63,784 nucleotides of DNA, filler included, from Bigelowiella natans CCMP2755 (GCA_000320545.1; 3 parts of 3 records of this genome joined end to end with filler, not necessarily neighbours in it); one strand, 5' to 3'. Counted from the whole stretch's first letter, positions 13,163 to 28,000 are shown. Translations and numbers: made by a program. Notes: a model not told the origin generated them from the letters alone.

Positions 13163-14000
13163 GCGATTTTATCTTAATTCCAATCAGCATGCTTGACGCA
13201 ATGAATATTTCTCAGGCGTAATGCCTCAAGCTACGAAATCTTCAAATAAAGTTCCGGATAAGATACAGCTTTCTAGTTTAGTTGCATCACTAATTGTTTA
13301 TTTATGAATTTTTGATGTCGTCAATCATTTTCATCGGAGTATAATATAATTATCCGGTAGTATCCGTGTTGATGGAATATTTTGCGGATCCACTGTATCT
13401 GATTTTTTCATTGCGCTTAACGGTCTAGAATCGAAACTGCTTCGCGCCTTGATTTATATATTTTGCTAGACACAGACCATCAGAGATCCATTTTGTTTAA
13501 ATTATCCTTCATTTATGATTATGTCTTGGGAAAACCGGTAAATAAAAAATGTAGAGTATGCAGGGAATATAGTCATTACGTCAAACATATACGAGCTGCA
13601 CGTATTCCAACTTAACAGAAGATGCTTAGAAAATTCGCTGAATTTGTCATGAATTTGACACGAATTTGATTTCCCGCCTTCTTCAAATAGGTCTCTATTT
13701 CTATGATTTTTCAAAAGACCCGGTATTCCGTTATTCATATTAATAGATGAAATTAATATGACGACAATTAAATGTAGATGTCGTTACAAATTATTAGCGA
13801 TTTAACCAAATTCTCCGATAAATCGGCGAATTAACTGGGAGTCCGCGATATTCAAAACAAATTTGCTGGTGAAATATAGTACAAACCTTACATACGACAT
13901 GTTATAAATAATCTAAACGTACGAAATTAGACGGCTTTTCATCTTGACTTTACACAAAACTTGTGGCTTTCATTTCCCATTAGACCCACCCCTAGAAACC

Positions 14001-14258
14001 ATGCCTATCGAGCACGACCTCCGCCATCCTCCTGCTCACTACGAACAGAAGCTTCACAAGCTCAAGCGTTTGGTTCAGAAGCCTAACTCCTTCTTCATGG
14101 ATGTGAAGTGCCCTGGCTGCTTTCAGATCACAACCGTATTCTCCCATGCACACACCGTCGTCTATTGCGCATCTTGCAATAGCATCCTCTGCCAACCAAC
14201 CGGAGGACGCGCAAGCTTGACACACGGATGCAAGTTCAGAAAGAAGGGCCAATTTTAA
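14001..14258 (+). CDS. RPS27: 40S ribosomal protein S27 (eS27)
   Basis: [75 protein letters not shown], with the C4 zinc ribbon. CDS has no intron. Confidence 0.97.
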   Translation: MPIEHDLRHPPAHYEQKLHKLKRLVQKPNSFFMDVKCPGCFQITTVFSHAHTVVYCASCNSILCQPTGGRASLTHGCKFRKKGQF

Positions 14259-15695
14259 ATGTAAGATAAATTGTCTTTTTGCTCTGCGGCATACGGGAAT
14301 GAAGAACGATGAGACTCCATCGCTGAGAGGGAGTTTGTTAAATAATCACAACTTCGCACTTTCTGCCACCCTAAAAGCAAGAATTTCTAGCCGGAATCAA
14401 CGTTAGATTAGTTGTCATTCTACAGTAGAGCTTCTGTGCAATGTGGTGCGAAAGTTACAAACTATTATCACGTCCTCTGAAATTAAAATGTTACTTCATG
14501 TTGCCCTAAATTCGATAAGTCAGAAATTGCGACTCTACATTCTATCCTCGTTCTCGTATTATAGGGAATACTAATTTTCGGGAGTAGAGATTTATTGATG
14601 TTTCCCTGTGAAAGTCTAATTTCTACATTAATCTACATTTATATAAATACGATGTAGACGTATATGGGTAGAGGTTATGTATGTTCATAAGATTATCATA
14701 TGATGTAAATTTGTATACGTCGTCTAGTTAGAGACAATTTTGGAAAATATTTTGGACGAGTTATAAGATACAGTTTACATTTTCTTCCACTAAATTCTTC
14801 TGTAAGGTTTTTCAATTCATTTTGTCTCGTAAGATATACGTATTCCTGAGAACAAATTTTTATGAATTTTTGTATACACACACACACACATTGTATATAT
14901 GTACACATGTGTCGGTACATGTTTAATACGTCTACATAGCTAGCTGCGCTAGTACGAGGCACCGCACACACATTGCATGATCAATGTGAAGCAATCTATC
15001 GTCATTGCGACTGGATCGCGCGTGCTACTTGTGAGTACTCTGTGCGTATAATTAGCTTGTACATCATTGATTGTTGCGTCGTGCACAGTGCCACATTGTA
15101 ATGACTGTGTACAAGTCGCGCACATTGCGGTGCACGCGTGTTTAGCGTGGCATCATGCGCTAGCATGCATCTAGCTAGCTAGCTCGATCCGGCTAGCCGG
15201 CCATATGCTAGCATGTGTGATCGAAGCTATATATGTACGTGCAGCATATCTGACTGCATGCTAGCATGCGCGCGCGCGTGCATGCTGCGATCTAGCTAGC
15301 GATGCTAGCATGCGGCTGTCACGTGGTCAGGACGTCTACAAGTCTATTATGAGCTATGGTTAGTGCTACACAAGACACAAGTACATCTTCTAGCTATATC
15401 TAGACGTACATGTCATGTGCATGCGCATGCTAGCATGCATGCGTTGCCGCTGATCACATCGTTAAGAAGCTATGCGCATGTAACTTCTGTGTAGAGGTGT
15501 TGCCAAGCAGGATAACGTGACAAAGTTCAACGTACGGCATTAGAAACTATGCACCAAACCGACAACATCTAGACATATAGTGTAAATAAAGACGGCCATG
15601 TGCAGGCCTTATTGTAGGGTTACGTACTACAACATAATTCAAGGTACTAGCTGCTATATTAGGTAACTACATTTATCTCTATCTAGCTGTTATTT

Positions 15696-16032
15696 TTATC
15701 CATGTCCTCTATATTCCTGGTATCCCTTCGGAATGAAGTCAAGGGGAACACCTGTCAAGCTGTCTTTCTCAGCTTTCGTCTGCTCCCTCTGACGCATTTC
15801 TACCTCATTAAGCTCCTGCCGCAGTTGGCAATAAAACATCGAAGATTTCACACATTTGATAGGCATCGAGTAAGAAAGGAAGGTAGAATTTGACGAGCAG
15901 GGACAAGTGAGAAACGGGCAAAGAAGAGACGAAAGAGCGAGAGAGAGGAAGGGGGGGGGGATGATAACAGTATACCTCCGTCTCCCCATCGCCCCGGCCT
16001 GGTAGCATGTCTGGTTTATCTGAGGTGGAGTG

Positions 16033-16070
<38 letters not shown>

Positions 16071-16267
16071 GCACTACCATCATCATAATCATCATTATCA
16101 TCGCACTGCCACCATCGTCGTATATAAGGACCAGAGAGTATAATTCTCGTCGACATCATGTGAACGATTTTTTTTTCTCATCTCATTACTCGTATCGCCA
16201 TAGTCGACGTCACCGATCTTTACTCCACGGCCCTAAGGGGGTTTAGAGGGAAACAGAGACACACACA

Positions 16268-16320
<53 letters not shown>

Positions 16321-16608
16321 AAGAAATTTCATATCTTCAATAAAACGAAGGCGCAATTTATTAGTGCTGCGTCAATTATGCTACGAAAAAGGCTTTCTTC
16401 CAAACTCCCATCCCCGTATCACCATCATTACCTCCTGTCCGTCGAACCCTGATCCAAACCCTTCCATGGCCTCCTCCTCTGCGTTTTGCTCCGCGTCTTC
16501 ATTCTCAAACATTTCTGTGTACGTAGAAAGTGTTTCGCCACAGGTGCGTTTGCGTTTACATCATCATGCGCTCAGGTTGTTCTAAGTGTCTACGTATGCG
16601 TGTGCATT

Positions 16609-16644
<36 letters not shown>

Positions 16645-17425
16645 ATATAAATGTTTGTCATGGAAAGAGCTAGTTACGCAAGCACATGAGCGAGCGAGTG
16701 AGTAGTGTTGTCTTCTTACTATCAAGTGTCCCCCTGCGCGCTCCTAGCAGTCCCTCCACCATCTACAGAACAAGAAGAAGAAGAAGAAGAAGGAGAAAAA
16801 GAGGGTTCGCGTCAATACCTCAAGGCAGTGCGGTCACATATATCCCCCAGTAGGAGTAATATATGAAGCATCAACGAGATTTTCCTTGGCACAACACGGC
16901 CTGCTGCTTCCTTCGACGATTCCCAAAGTATTGTTTGCTATGGGACTCCGTCGAAAGGGAAAGCGTTCGCAGCAGCAGCAGGCCGTGTTGTTGTTAGTAC
17001 TATGCACAACAACAAACGCATCGAGAGTACATATCCATGGCCTAAGGTGTGACCCTCGGATGGGATGGAGGGACGCACTTCTAAACCAGTCAGTTCTCCC
17101 ACTCGAGACTCAAAATGCAGGGCGGCGATCACAATCGTGGCGCAAGGCAGCCCGCACGAAAAAGCACGGAAGAAACACACGTCTGATAGCCGAATATCAG
17201 TCTGACAACCTCTTGATTCCGCACAGGCTTTTCGCCAGACTCATCCACTAGTCGAGCCTACAACGTCTTGCAAATTAGGAAGTTGCCCCGACGATGAAAA
17301 TACTATGAAGCATCCCACACGCGCCACACGCCACGAGCGAGTAGGTGTAGACGCATGCATCGCAGCCTTAGCACCATGCATTACTTATATTATCAGGGAA
17401 AATGGTCATATCGTTATTGCGAGAA

Positions 17426-17475
<50 letters not shown>

Positions 17476-17962
17476 ATGATCCTTGGGCATTTACTATCAT
17501 GCGTACTATCGATATCAAGACGATTCTCCACGAATACTACCGCATCACGGTGGTTAAGGTTGGCCTCAGCGTATCTAAAGAAGGGATAGAATGTTTAGGG
17601 AGGGAGGGGCGGGGGGGGGGGGGGACGATCAGGACAGATAGCTCGCTGTGCACGAAATAATGCAGCGGTGCTAATTCCAAACCACTATGCTAAAGTCCGC
17701 CGAATCGGAAATGAGGGGAGGGGGGGGGCGGAGTATCAGAGAAAAAAACGCTCTCTGTTATGATTATTCATTTGCTGCTTATTACGCTCCACTGCCCGGC
17801 ATATAGCCTTCAGGAGGTTCTTCCGCCAATTGCTGATCGACGGTGATAATAATGGCGAGAAACGACGGTCAATGGGAGTGTACGATAACGACGTTGATGA
17901 TGTGGTGGTGGTAGCGAATCCTCTCTAACTTTCCATGTGGCGAGGACGACGATGATAAATGG

Positions 17963-17997
<35 letters not shown>

Positions 17998-18727
17998 ATT
18001 ATGATATGATGATGATGATATTATGATATGATGATGAGACGATACTAGCTCTTCCTCTGTGTTGTCGGTGTTGCGCTATTCATGAGCTACCACCACTACT
18101 CCTACTACACTACTACTGCCACTGCTCCTACTTCTTCTTCTTCTTCTTCTCCTTCTTGTGCTACTATAATAACTGACATTGGGCTGGAAACGGTACATAA
18201 TGTCTCTCGGATCATCCTCAGGCGAGGCGCTCCGAGATTGAATCATGAAATCTTCGTACGTCTTGTGCCCAATGTCTCTGCAGAAGTGATGAAAAGGGGG
18301 TAGGGTAGTAAAAATGCAGCACGACGACGACGACGACGACGACGACGATGATGATGATGATGATGTTATAACAACATCATCCATGTAAACATGAACAACA
18401 GCTACTCGCTTGATAAAGCAGTTAATAGAAAAGGACGAAGGTTGAACTCACCAAACAACGAAGTTGGAAGGCTAATTTTCGGGTGATAACGATGATGCGT
18501 CATTCATCATCATCGTCGTCGTCATCATGCCATATATCATCATGTTATACTATATATCATCATATGTGAGTCATCAACCCACCCGAAGGATCTCGCATTG
18601 AGCTCATCAAACAAGCGCTCTTCCTCCTCCGTGGGCTTATTCTGATAACAACAACAACAACAACAACAACGGATGGACAATCATAGAGTCATCACAGGCA
18701 AAATGTGGTGGCTGTTTACGGTGTTAG

Positions 18728-18763
<36 letters not shown>

Positions 18764-18893
18764 TGCACGCGCGCGTGTAGATGTGTAAGTTTTTATGTGC
18801 GCCAGGGTGTGTAAGATATAAACAAAAACCAAAATTAGCCCCGTCACAGGTAACTACTACTACTGTCATTACTACCCCTACTAACTACTACTA

Positions 18894-18924
<31 letters not shown>

Positions 18925-20706
18925 GCCGCTACGAGAACTACAACTGTAATTTGACACCTTCTTCGTGTAGGTGAGGTACTCGCCCTTCTTCGCGTGATTT
19001 GCCCTCAGAAACTCTGTTTGGTTACTGCAAGACGACGACAAGAAGCACACAGCCATACCACGCACACAAACACACCCAAAATCTAAGAGAAAGCCAATTT
19101 GGTTGGGCCCAGACTACACGCATTATGGCTGTTTCTCGTTGCATCGGTGTATTTCTTCGATTGATTTCACGGGTTCGTTGCTGAGTGCTTCTTCTACATC
19201 ATACTGCATTGGGAGTGGGACGTTGTTATTCATCACAGAATCATCAAACAAGACGTACAATCGATAAGCTCCGTTGATGTCCCACACCATTATCTCCGCG
19301 TCTTCCTGTGGAGGCAGGAGGGGGGGAGGGAAAAGGCATGCTTAATTATTCCCCTAGTACAGATCTATTTTCCTCAAATACTAGCTTTATGTTTGTCATC
19401 ATTGTTCTTCTTTCTCGGCGTGATTGTCGTACTACGTTTGTTTCGTTCCATGACTTCTATTCCTCTCCCTTTCCTATCCCTCTAACATCATCATCGCTGA
19501 AAAAGACGCCTACTTCTTCTTTGAAGGTGAGAAAAGCCGTTCCGAGAGATTTTCTGTGTAGGACAGGAACGTTTTCATGCTGTTCACAGCGATTTTGTGT
19601 GCACACATTGATAGATCATTACTTATTACCCTGTTTTTTCATCGATTGGCATTTTGCAGTCGACGATCTCCCCATATGTGCTAAAGTACTCCACGCATGC
19701 CTGCCGATTCAGCAGTAGAAGTTTATCTCCCCACATCATTGGGAGAATAATATGGTGGTGAAGGTTTTGCGTCTTCGTTCATTGATGTTCCGTACTTCTA
19801 TCATCTATATCATCTATTTATTTGTCTGATCATTATGCTGTTTGTACGTGGTAGAAATTACAAATTCTTTCATATCCAATGGCAGGCCCCTAATGACGAC
19901 TTCCCTCGGATCGCCGTCGGGGTCTTTTCTCGGTTTCCTTAAAATGGAGAGCAGCGGCACAAAAATCAAAAAAACAAGGTGATGGGTGCATGAGCTGAGC
20001 CAACAGAATGCGTCTTTCGATAACATGGAATGGAAAAGGTGTATTCGTACAGTTTCGACCACTCGTACGTCTCATCGGCCGCCCCTATCATAACCTGAGA
20101 AAAGGCGATCACGCAGGGAAAAAATTCAGAATGCGAGCGCTCTTGTTTCCTGTCCCCCTCTGACTCGCTTGGCTCGGGAAATCGATGTCGTCGAGGTGTG
20201 GGAGGGGGGCTAGTCAACGAAATTTTGGTCGAATGATATAAAAGGACTTTAGCTCGGGATAGAGGGGTATAACGAGATACCTCAAGCTCAGTTCCTGGCT
20301 TTCCTCCGTGGAATTCGTGATTCCAGGCATAGAAGAGGCCCCGAGAGTCGCACTTGCTCCTGTCCTTGGTGTCCAACGGCAACGTGAAGTACCCTCCACG
20401 AAAACGCTGTATCAATACATTATTTCCCCCTATGGAGCCTGTCCCCGTCCAGCTCTGAAGCCGGGTTTGAACGGGAGATGAGGAGGAGGAGGAGGAGGAG
20501 GAGGAGATGGAGGCCTTCAAGACGAAGAAATTCTCGTCAACGAAAGCAAGGACTCCCACTGCACTTAGGAGTGTGACCATCGCGCAACGACATCTTCTCC
20601 TCCTCCTCTTTCGCTCCTTCATTTGTGAGGACATGGCTGCTATCATCTTTTTTGGCCCTCCCCGCTGTTCGGCCCTCGCCCTTCCGCGTGCCCCCCCCGT
20701 GAGCAA
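15696..20706 (-). CDS. Large multi-exon hypothetical protein with signal/transit-like leader; microsatellite-rich introns
   Basis: Leader with hydrophobic 'MVTLLSAVGVLAFV', poly-S and 'QRFRGG'. A chain of GT-AG-bounded exons follows (e.g. KPRKDPDGDPREVVIRGLPLDMKEF, DIGHKTYEDFMIQSRS, ARLVDESGEKPVRNQE), ending ..FIPKGYQEYRGHG*. No family recognised, and it could be more than one gene. Confidence 0.55.
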
Positions 20707-21520
20707 GTTCCGATCATAGACCTGCCCCGAGCTCCCTTGGAATTGGACATAATTTATTAGATATATTATCGATGAAATTCATCGAAGAAAAAATCTGTGG
20801 CAATGCTTAAATGGATGGAACGATCGGCAACAGCCATGATCCTACGTATATTCAGCCCGAATAATATCCTAATTTCTTTGTCGATTAATATAAGACATAT
20901 GATCATCCTGAAGGACGACAGTATTGGATAAGATACAGTGAAACTTACCATAATTTTAATGTAAATTTGTTTAATACTATGTCGTAGAAAATATTTATCA
21001 ATATTTGCACATCATCTAGATTATGATATAATCTTACATAGCCGGAGGTAACGCCCCTCGAAAACCGAAACACGTCGACAATCCTGCATCATCTTTGGTC
21101 CTCCCCCCTTAAGAGTTTTTATGCCATTTATTTCGGAACGTGTTAGGGACTTAGTAATCATAAATATCCTAGTATATATGTACTCTGCGGAAATACCGAA
21201 AAATGGTTGTAACAACACGAGTACATACTTCGTGGGTACTCGAAAGTCATAAAAAGAAATCCGTTGAGCTGGTTGGTCAGATGCAGCGTTAACCACACTG
21301 GTGCTAGTGTTATCGTGTAGGCTGACACTTTACAGTTGTGCGTTCTCATTGCGTTGAATTTTGCGGCTTTTAATAAAAGTTGAAGAGGAAGCCTAAAAGG
21401 AATAAAACCAACTTAAATTCCATCATACATAGTATTCCAAATCGATCCATTTTATTTTTCACCATAGTCAAATAACTGCTTGTAGGACGTGAAAGAGTAC
21501 TAGCTTTAGAAAAATTATAA

Positions 21521-21794
21521 ATGAGCGACCAGCTTTTGCTTCACGCCGTGAGGCAGGGCGACTGCGACGAGGTGTTTGAGTGTATTCAAGTGAAATGAAA
21601 ATTGTCCCTTTATTGAATCTCCTTCTTTCTCCTTGACCCGTCTCATATCTCGTAAAAGCATGCCGGATTTGTAGTGAGCTAAACAAACTTTCACCTTTGA
21701 CTGTACGCTAGGTGGCTTATTTACTGGAAGAAGATAGAGCGGATGTAATACATAGTATACACAGAAACAACAGAGACATATATGATTATAAATC

Positions 21795-21838
<44 letters not shown>

Positions 21839-22865
21839 TTGTATGTGTTCGCATGATCTTAACGCTTGCACCCTAAATTTTTATTTGAAAATTCAATCAG
21901 GTTACCGTCAAAGGCGGCAGTGGAAATTCCCTTGTTCACGTAAGTATCATCTAGGCTGTTGCTACTTTAAAATGGCCCCACTCGATATGATGTGTTTTCC
22001 CCATACAAAGATTGCCGTAGAAAGTGGCAATTTGACTTGCGTGAAACTTTTATTAGAATACAAAGCAGGTTTGTTTTCCGTTTCCTTTCCGAGCTGCATG
22101 CTTGTTGTAACATTCTGCCTTCATAATATAGATCCAGATATAAAAGGACCAGCCGAGAGGGGTGGATATACGCCATTGCACATTGCGGCCCAGAACGATT
22201 CTTGGAAGGCAAATGATATGATCATTAAACAGCTTTGCACTTCTTAAAATTTCTGCTCTCAGATTATTCAACTCCTTCTGGGTGCGAACGTGGACATCAA
22301 TGCGAAGAGCAGCAGTCTCTCAACCCCACTGATTGAGGTGCAGAGTTTACATAGATTCACCGTGAGAAAGGACCTGATGTGTTGTCTTCCTTCCAGGCAG
22401 TAAAATTTGGGCGGAAAAATACGGTTGCAGTGCTTCTTAAAAGGGGTAATATTTCGGAGCCAGGAGAAACACGATGCGTTTCTTAAGAAAAAACTAACAT
22501 TGTAGATCCCGACGCGAAAGCTATCGACAAAAATGGAATGTCGGCCTGGTATTATGCAAAGAAAGGTAGTAGTAGCAGCTCACACTTTTTTGTTCGATGC
22601 AAGAATGTGATCCAAAACTGCTTTCTCAGGGGGTCACAAAGAAATACTTGAGCATCTCCCAGAAGTCCCATTCGATGAATGGGCACATCTCCAGAACGAT
22701 CGTACGTTATATTGCAAGAAACAGCAAAGCAATACCGTGTTTTTCCTCACACAAAATAATATGCACATCTTGCTATGAACAGCGAAATTTCAAGCAATGA
22801 CTGCAGCTGCGAAGGGAGGTGGAGGAAAAGGCAAGAAAAAGAAGAAGGGCAAGAAAAAGAAATGA
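21521..22865 (+). CDS. Ankyrin repeat protein with poly-Lys tail
   Basis: Spliced: MSDQLLLHAVRQGDCDE|VAYLLEEDRAD|VTVKGGSGNSLVH|IAVESGNLTCVKLLLEYKA|DPDIKG..GYTPLHIAAQNDSWK|IIQLLLGANVDINAK..TPLIE|AVKFG.., ending GKKKKKGKKKK*. Confidence 0.9.
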
Positions 22866-23541
22866 CAAATCTCCCGCAGCTGCTTAGGAAGTTGGCTTAC
22901 GTTGTTCCACCGTTTGGCATAGCTCCAAATTTTGCGTATTTACGATCCACCAAATATGCTTTCTGATTCTTTCATGCCCCTGTTGCAATTGGCTACACGC
23001 ACAGGCGCCGTCATGTCATCTGCCGTCGTCTAGCTGACGACATCTATTAATTAGCTTGTGCTAAAGCTGTGTTTCATTTCTCCACGCTTAGCATGCACTT
23101 CATGTAGTGATCAGCATGCGCACATGCAGGTACACTGCATATGTACATTACTTCCAGTTTTTCTCATGGTATGCGTTGTATATTTGTGTGCACACGCACA
23201 TCAAACAAGCACAACTTAAGCGCTGTGGTCGCTGGCAATGCAAAGCTGCATCAGGATGACGGTTGAAGAAATTTAACGATTCATTACATTCGTCTCCTAG
23301 CCTATAGCCGCTGCTCTGCGTAACATTAGAATAACTATTGATCGAAAAAACGTAAGCCATCTCATTACATCCGTCTCATATGTGACGAGCTTGATGAATT
23401 CAATCTAAATGTTGCCAATGCATGCTCTTATATTATATGTTTGCACGCACCGTTATAATAATTTATTTGAACATCATGAGTATAATAACAAAATTCTCGA
23501 TTAGTCTGCTTCTATAACGATAGTCAGCAGGCCCATATTCA

Positions 23542-24976
23542 TCATTCTTCCTCAAATAGCTTGATCCACATTTTCGGAACTTGGTTTTCATTGTACTGGT
23601 CCATTTTTTTCCACTTATCCTTCACCTTTATTGCGTTTCACAGCACGGAGGAGGACAAATAAGTATTTAAAACGAATGCGAGACCGTATTATTCAAGTAC
23701 GAAGGACGCGTGCGTGCTAAGAAGCGAGCTAATAAAGAACAGCATACTTCTCACTCACCAGGCTTATCACGAGGTTTTTCCTCCCATCGTCGAGCTCAAC
23801 ACACCAGTTGCAGTCCGAAGGCACAACGGGGTACCTCAAAGTGCCCTAGAGCCATACCACCATCACAATATCATGCTAATTATTATGTTGATCAAATAGG
23901 GGGAGGGGGGGGGGAGGGAGATAGTATTGTGTTTACTGGAAACAGAGGAGGCAATGGAGTACCATAGCAATCGTTCTGTCGCTTGAGCTGTCGGTGACCG
24001 TGACTTCCCCTTTTGTGATCTCCACGTTTAAGTCCTTCGTGTTCGTGCCTTCAAAGGGGAGGGGGGTTAGTGCGAGGTAGGTGTGCTGTATTGCCACTAT
24101 GCGGGCTTGAGCGCAACCTAGTCGAATGCCGCGGCGTACGTACCTTCGGGTAGAGAAATATAAAGTGCAAAGCGGTCTTCGTATTGCTCCCATTTGTGGC
24201 TCTAATGGAAAGGAGAATAGCGCCCCCTCGGTCAAATCGAACTCCATCGTACGCGTGCTTGAATTCTACCAATCTACTGTGCGGGGATCGTGCCCGTTTA
24301 CTACCTCGTGGGTCAGGCCAGATGTGAACGCCGTCTCTTCCTCTCCGAATTGCTTTGATCAATGTGGGAACGAACAGCCCATCTAAAGTCAGTGGCGAGC
24401 CTCCCCGGGAAACAACGGGGGGGGGGGGGGGGGATCGAACATCTAGAGCGCCCTACCGCTCGCTATCCTCTCGCTCATGTAGTCTTTGACGCACTCCGCG
24501 TGGGAGAGCTCCATGACGTTGGTCGCATTCTGGGCCTTCGATTCCAAGGTGCTGACAATCCCCTCCGACAGCATTTGATCGAGTTCTCCCTTCTCAAGCC
24601 TGCTAACGAGGTCTTCGAGGGTCATTCTACCTTCGTTTCCTCCCCCCGCCTCCTCTCTCTCCTCAACATCATTACTCTCCCCCGAGCCCATCCGCGCTGG
24701 TTGCCGGAAATGATAGTGCCAAGCTCGACTCCTCCGCCCCCAGCGTCTGGCGAGGCCAGAGGGACCGCCGGAGAAAGAAGAAGAAGATAAAGACCTTAGG
24801 AAAGTAGCTTTTGAGGATTGAAAAACGTTGCCCCTCCTGAGGTGCATCAGGTTTTCATTATCCGGCCCCGCTATTTTCAACGAAGTCGCCACCCCCAAGG
24901 TCATAAGGCCCAAAGCGACTAGAATCGCCACGGCATCCAACCCAGCCCTGTTTGCGCGTAGTAGCGACGCACGCAT
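23542..24976 (-). CDS. CS/NudC-like (p23 fold) domain protein with targeting leader
   Basis: Exons give HKWEQYEDRFALYISLPE|GTNTKDLNVEITKGEVTV..|GTLRYPVVPSDCNWCVELDDGRKNLVISL|VKDK..MWIKLFEEE*. The N-terminus has a hydrophobic leader followed by 'HLRRG' and an S-rich stretch. Confidence 0.8.
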
Positions 24977-25528
24977 TCTCTCCTTCCAAACAATGGAGGG
25001 AAAGAGCAAGAGCAGAGCTGACACTAAGCGACCGAGGAGAAGGGGCGGGGGGAGAAGGGGAGCCGGCGGGCGAATTGATACTCTTTCGAGGGACCGCGGA
25101 AGAAGCAGCAGAATTCAAATTTTCAAAAAACTTGAGCCATGCTTTTACTTTCTGCTTCTACATATCGGTAAAACATCCTAAAATTTTTCCCTAAAATGGA
25201 AGCCGGACGGGATATTCAAGTCATTTGGTCAAGAATTTGAGCTGGTAATTACCGAAGAGGGTTTGCGGTATCGCAGGTGAGCAATTTCTCCTCAAGGTTC
25301 TGCTCATCGTCGCCTGGCTCCTCGTCCGTGCGTTTGTGTTTGCACCTAGGCACTCATCACAGGGAAAGGAGGGGGGGGGGGGGGGATGGATTCATTAACG
25401 TTCGTGAAGCACGGGGTGTGTGTCGGAACGGAATAGATTTTTGTGTTATTTGAGTGAATTCTATGATTACAGCCCGAGGCTCCGACCGCAAAGGGACTTC
25501 GTCGAATTCTCGGCGTGAGATCAGAGGG

Positions 25529-26269
25529 ATGGAGGTGGAGGAATTAAAAGATCAGTCCTCCAGTGCTAGCAGTAACGATAAGGACAAAGCGAGTGGTGAA
25601 AGTAGCAACGAAGCTCCGGCTCAGAACATTGACCTGCTCTCCCTTGCAGCTTATGGTGTGCTACTAACGTCTTGTTGTCGTTATCCTTGTTCCCTATCTC
25701 TACATGTCGCCTGCCTCTACTCCTTATCGCTTACATATCCGTCGCTTCTTTCCTATTTCCACTATTACGTTAGGCGAGCTTGACAGTATAAAAGACTTCG
25801 TCGAGGCAAACAAAAGCTCCTCGATCGTAAACGTGCAAGATGCCTTCGGCCTTACAGCTCTCCACGAGGCCTCAAAGTCAGGGGTAAGATATCACAGCAT
25901 ATTTTACGAGCAGTGTTTCTCAGTCCCTCGTCTGCATTCGTTCAGAATCGCCAAATGAAATAAATTCGACGATGATGCTGATGATGTTTGATGTCCAATT
26001 ATCCGACCCCGTTTGCCGCGCCATTCTGCAGAACGAGAAGGTCGTTCAGTATCTCATCAAAAGCAAGGCCGCTGTCAATGCGTTAAATAAAGCAAATCAG
26101 ACCGCGTTGCATTTCGCGTCTGGAGGTCAGTATTTCAGCCAGCCAGTCAGTCAGTCAGTCATTCACCTGCCGCATCATAGTTGACGATGCTTGAGACTAG
26201 ATGCAAAATCGCTTGTTTAAAAAACTGTGAAGATAGTTGCTTAGCACTTCGTGTCTGCCGCAAGCGCAA

Positions 26270-26338
<69 letters not shown>

Positions 26339-26971
26339 AACACATTCTGCAGGTGGACATAGAGGCGTTGCAGGCCTTCTAATCGACAGCAAAGCGCTAT
26401 TAGATGTCCAGGATATGAATGGAAAATGCGGTCGGTACGCAAAATCCAGCGAGAAGTGTGCAGCGTTCTTCTCCTTCGTTAACCACTGTTTTTCCTCCTA
26501 CTCGCACTGTCTCGCAAATGTGACTCTATATGCATTTTCTTAGCTCTGCATTGGGCCTCGCAAAACAATCACGACAATGTGGTCACTCTCCTGCTAGGGT
26601 ACGTCGCCATTGCCACCTCGCATCATCTAGGTTGTCATTGTTCAGAACGTGTAATTCCTCCTTCTTTCGTAACACCACCCGCCACACCAGGAAGGGAGCT
26701 GACGCGTCGTTGTCAGATAAGACTGGTGCTCCATGCATCGTGTGGACCGCAGGGTTTGGCAAGTCCAAGAAAGACGATGATAAAAAAAAAAAGTAATGTC
26801 GCTGGGGATAATATCACACCATGCTGTGAGGTTCGACGTGAGGCATTGCAATGCGCAGTATAGAAAGCTGTGTTATATGTGCATGGACTACGGCTATGCA
26901 ATGGCTCTGTAGATCCGCGCCATGATCACGGCGCAACGACGTACGGGACATATTCAGCCAACGAGAGATAA
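25529..26971 (+). CDS. Ankyrin repeat protein
   Basis: VNVQDAFGLTALHEASKSG|NEKVVQYLIKSKAAVNALNKANQTALHFASG|GHRGVAGLLIDSKALLDVQDMNGKCALHWASQNNHDNVVTLLLG|KGADASLSDKTG. The last exon was inferred through a GC-AG intron. Confidence 0.88.
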
Positions 26972-27733
26972 TTGATGAGACAAAAGCACTAAAAACTGCT
27001 ATACCAAATCATGCATCGCAGTAATACGCTATGCATAGATTATTAAGCATTGCTAGAATGATCAAGCTTCTTGCTACGATCGCACTGTGCTTGCGAAACT
27101 TGGGCCTTATTAACATTCGACATCATCCTACTTACTATACTGGCCGCGCAGCGCGCCCCGAAACCAGGGCAACACCTATGCTACCGCGTGCTGATGACAG
27201 CACATGAATGAAGCTACACTTGCAATACGTACAGCAAAGCGACGCCTGTTGTGTTATGCACTGTGTAGTGGCACATATAAACTTGAGCATGGTACTTCGC
27301 ACATGCAGGCGGCATGCGCACATGCAAGCATTGTGCATCAGCCGTGACATACATGGAGTATAGGAGCGTACGGTATAGCACGCTGTGAGTGCTGAAGGCG
27401 AAGTTGCGCGTACTGTCCACATTACTCATGCGTGCGTATGATCGAACACCTAGCCAGCTAGTGCTGGGCATCTTTGGTCATGATAATGCTTAGCTGACAC
27501 TACTAGCTGTAGACCAGTAGTTCCACATGCCATTCGCAATATGGTTTCGCCCCCTTTATGCAGCAATTGAACAACCACCATTATCTTACATCGTACTTAT
27601 GATGATGCCAGCGCGTCTGCTAAAACAGGGTGCAGAGCTCTTCAAACTCGATGAGCTCGAATCTCTGACTCTTCAATATCTGAGCAGTGCGAACGCAGCG
27701 ACCCGTGTGAGCAGAAGGCAATATACCCTGATG

Positions 27734-27833
27734 NNNNNNNNNNNNNNNNNNNNNNNNNNNNNNNNNNNNNNNNNNNNTTAATTAATTAANNNNNNNNNNN
27801 NNNNNNNNNNNNNNNNNNNNNNNNNNNNNNNNN
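27734..27833. other. Scaffold gap with artificial TTAATTAATTAA six-frame-stop linker
   Basis: N44-TTAATTAATTAA-N44. Confidence 0.97.
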
Positions 27834-28000
27834 GGGGGGGGAGAGAGGAACAGAAGTTGCAATTAATTATATCACACAGACACGCACAGAGAGAGAAAGA
27901 GAAGAGAGAGGGAGAAGGGGTGGGTAAATAGGAACAGCACGATTTGTACTTCTCACCTCACCAACATTACCACTCTACTCACATCGATGATACATACCAG

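Noticed and set aside
27628-27716. Possible BTB/BACK-like exon (GAELFKLDELESLTLQYLSSANA)
   Set aside because: A single short segment beside a gap with no supporting exons; too weak to call.
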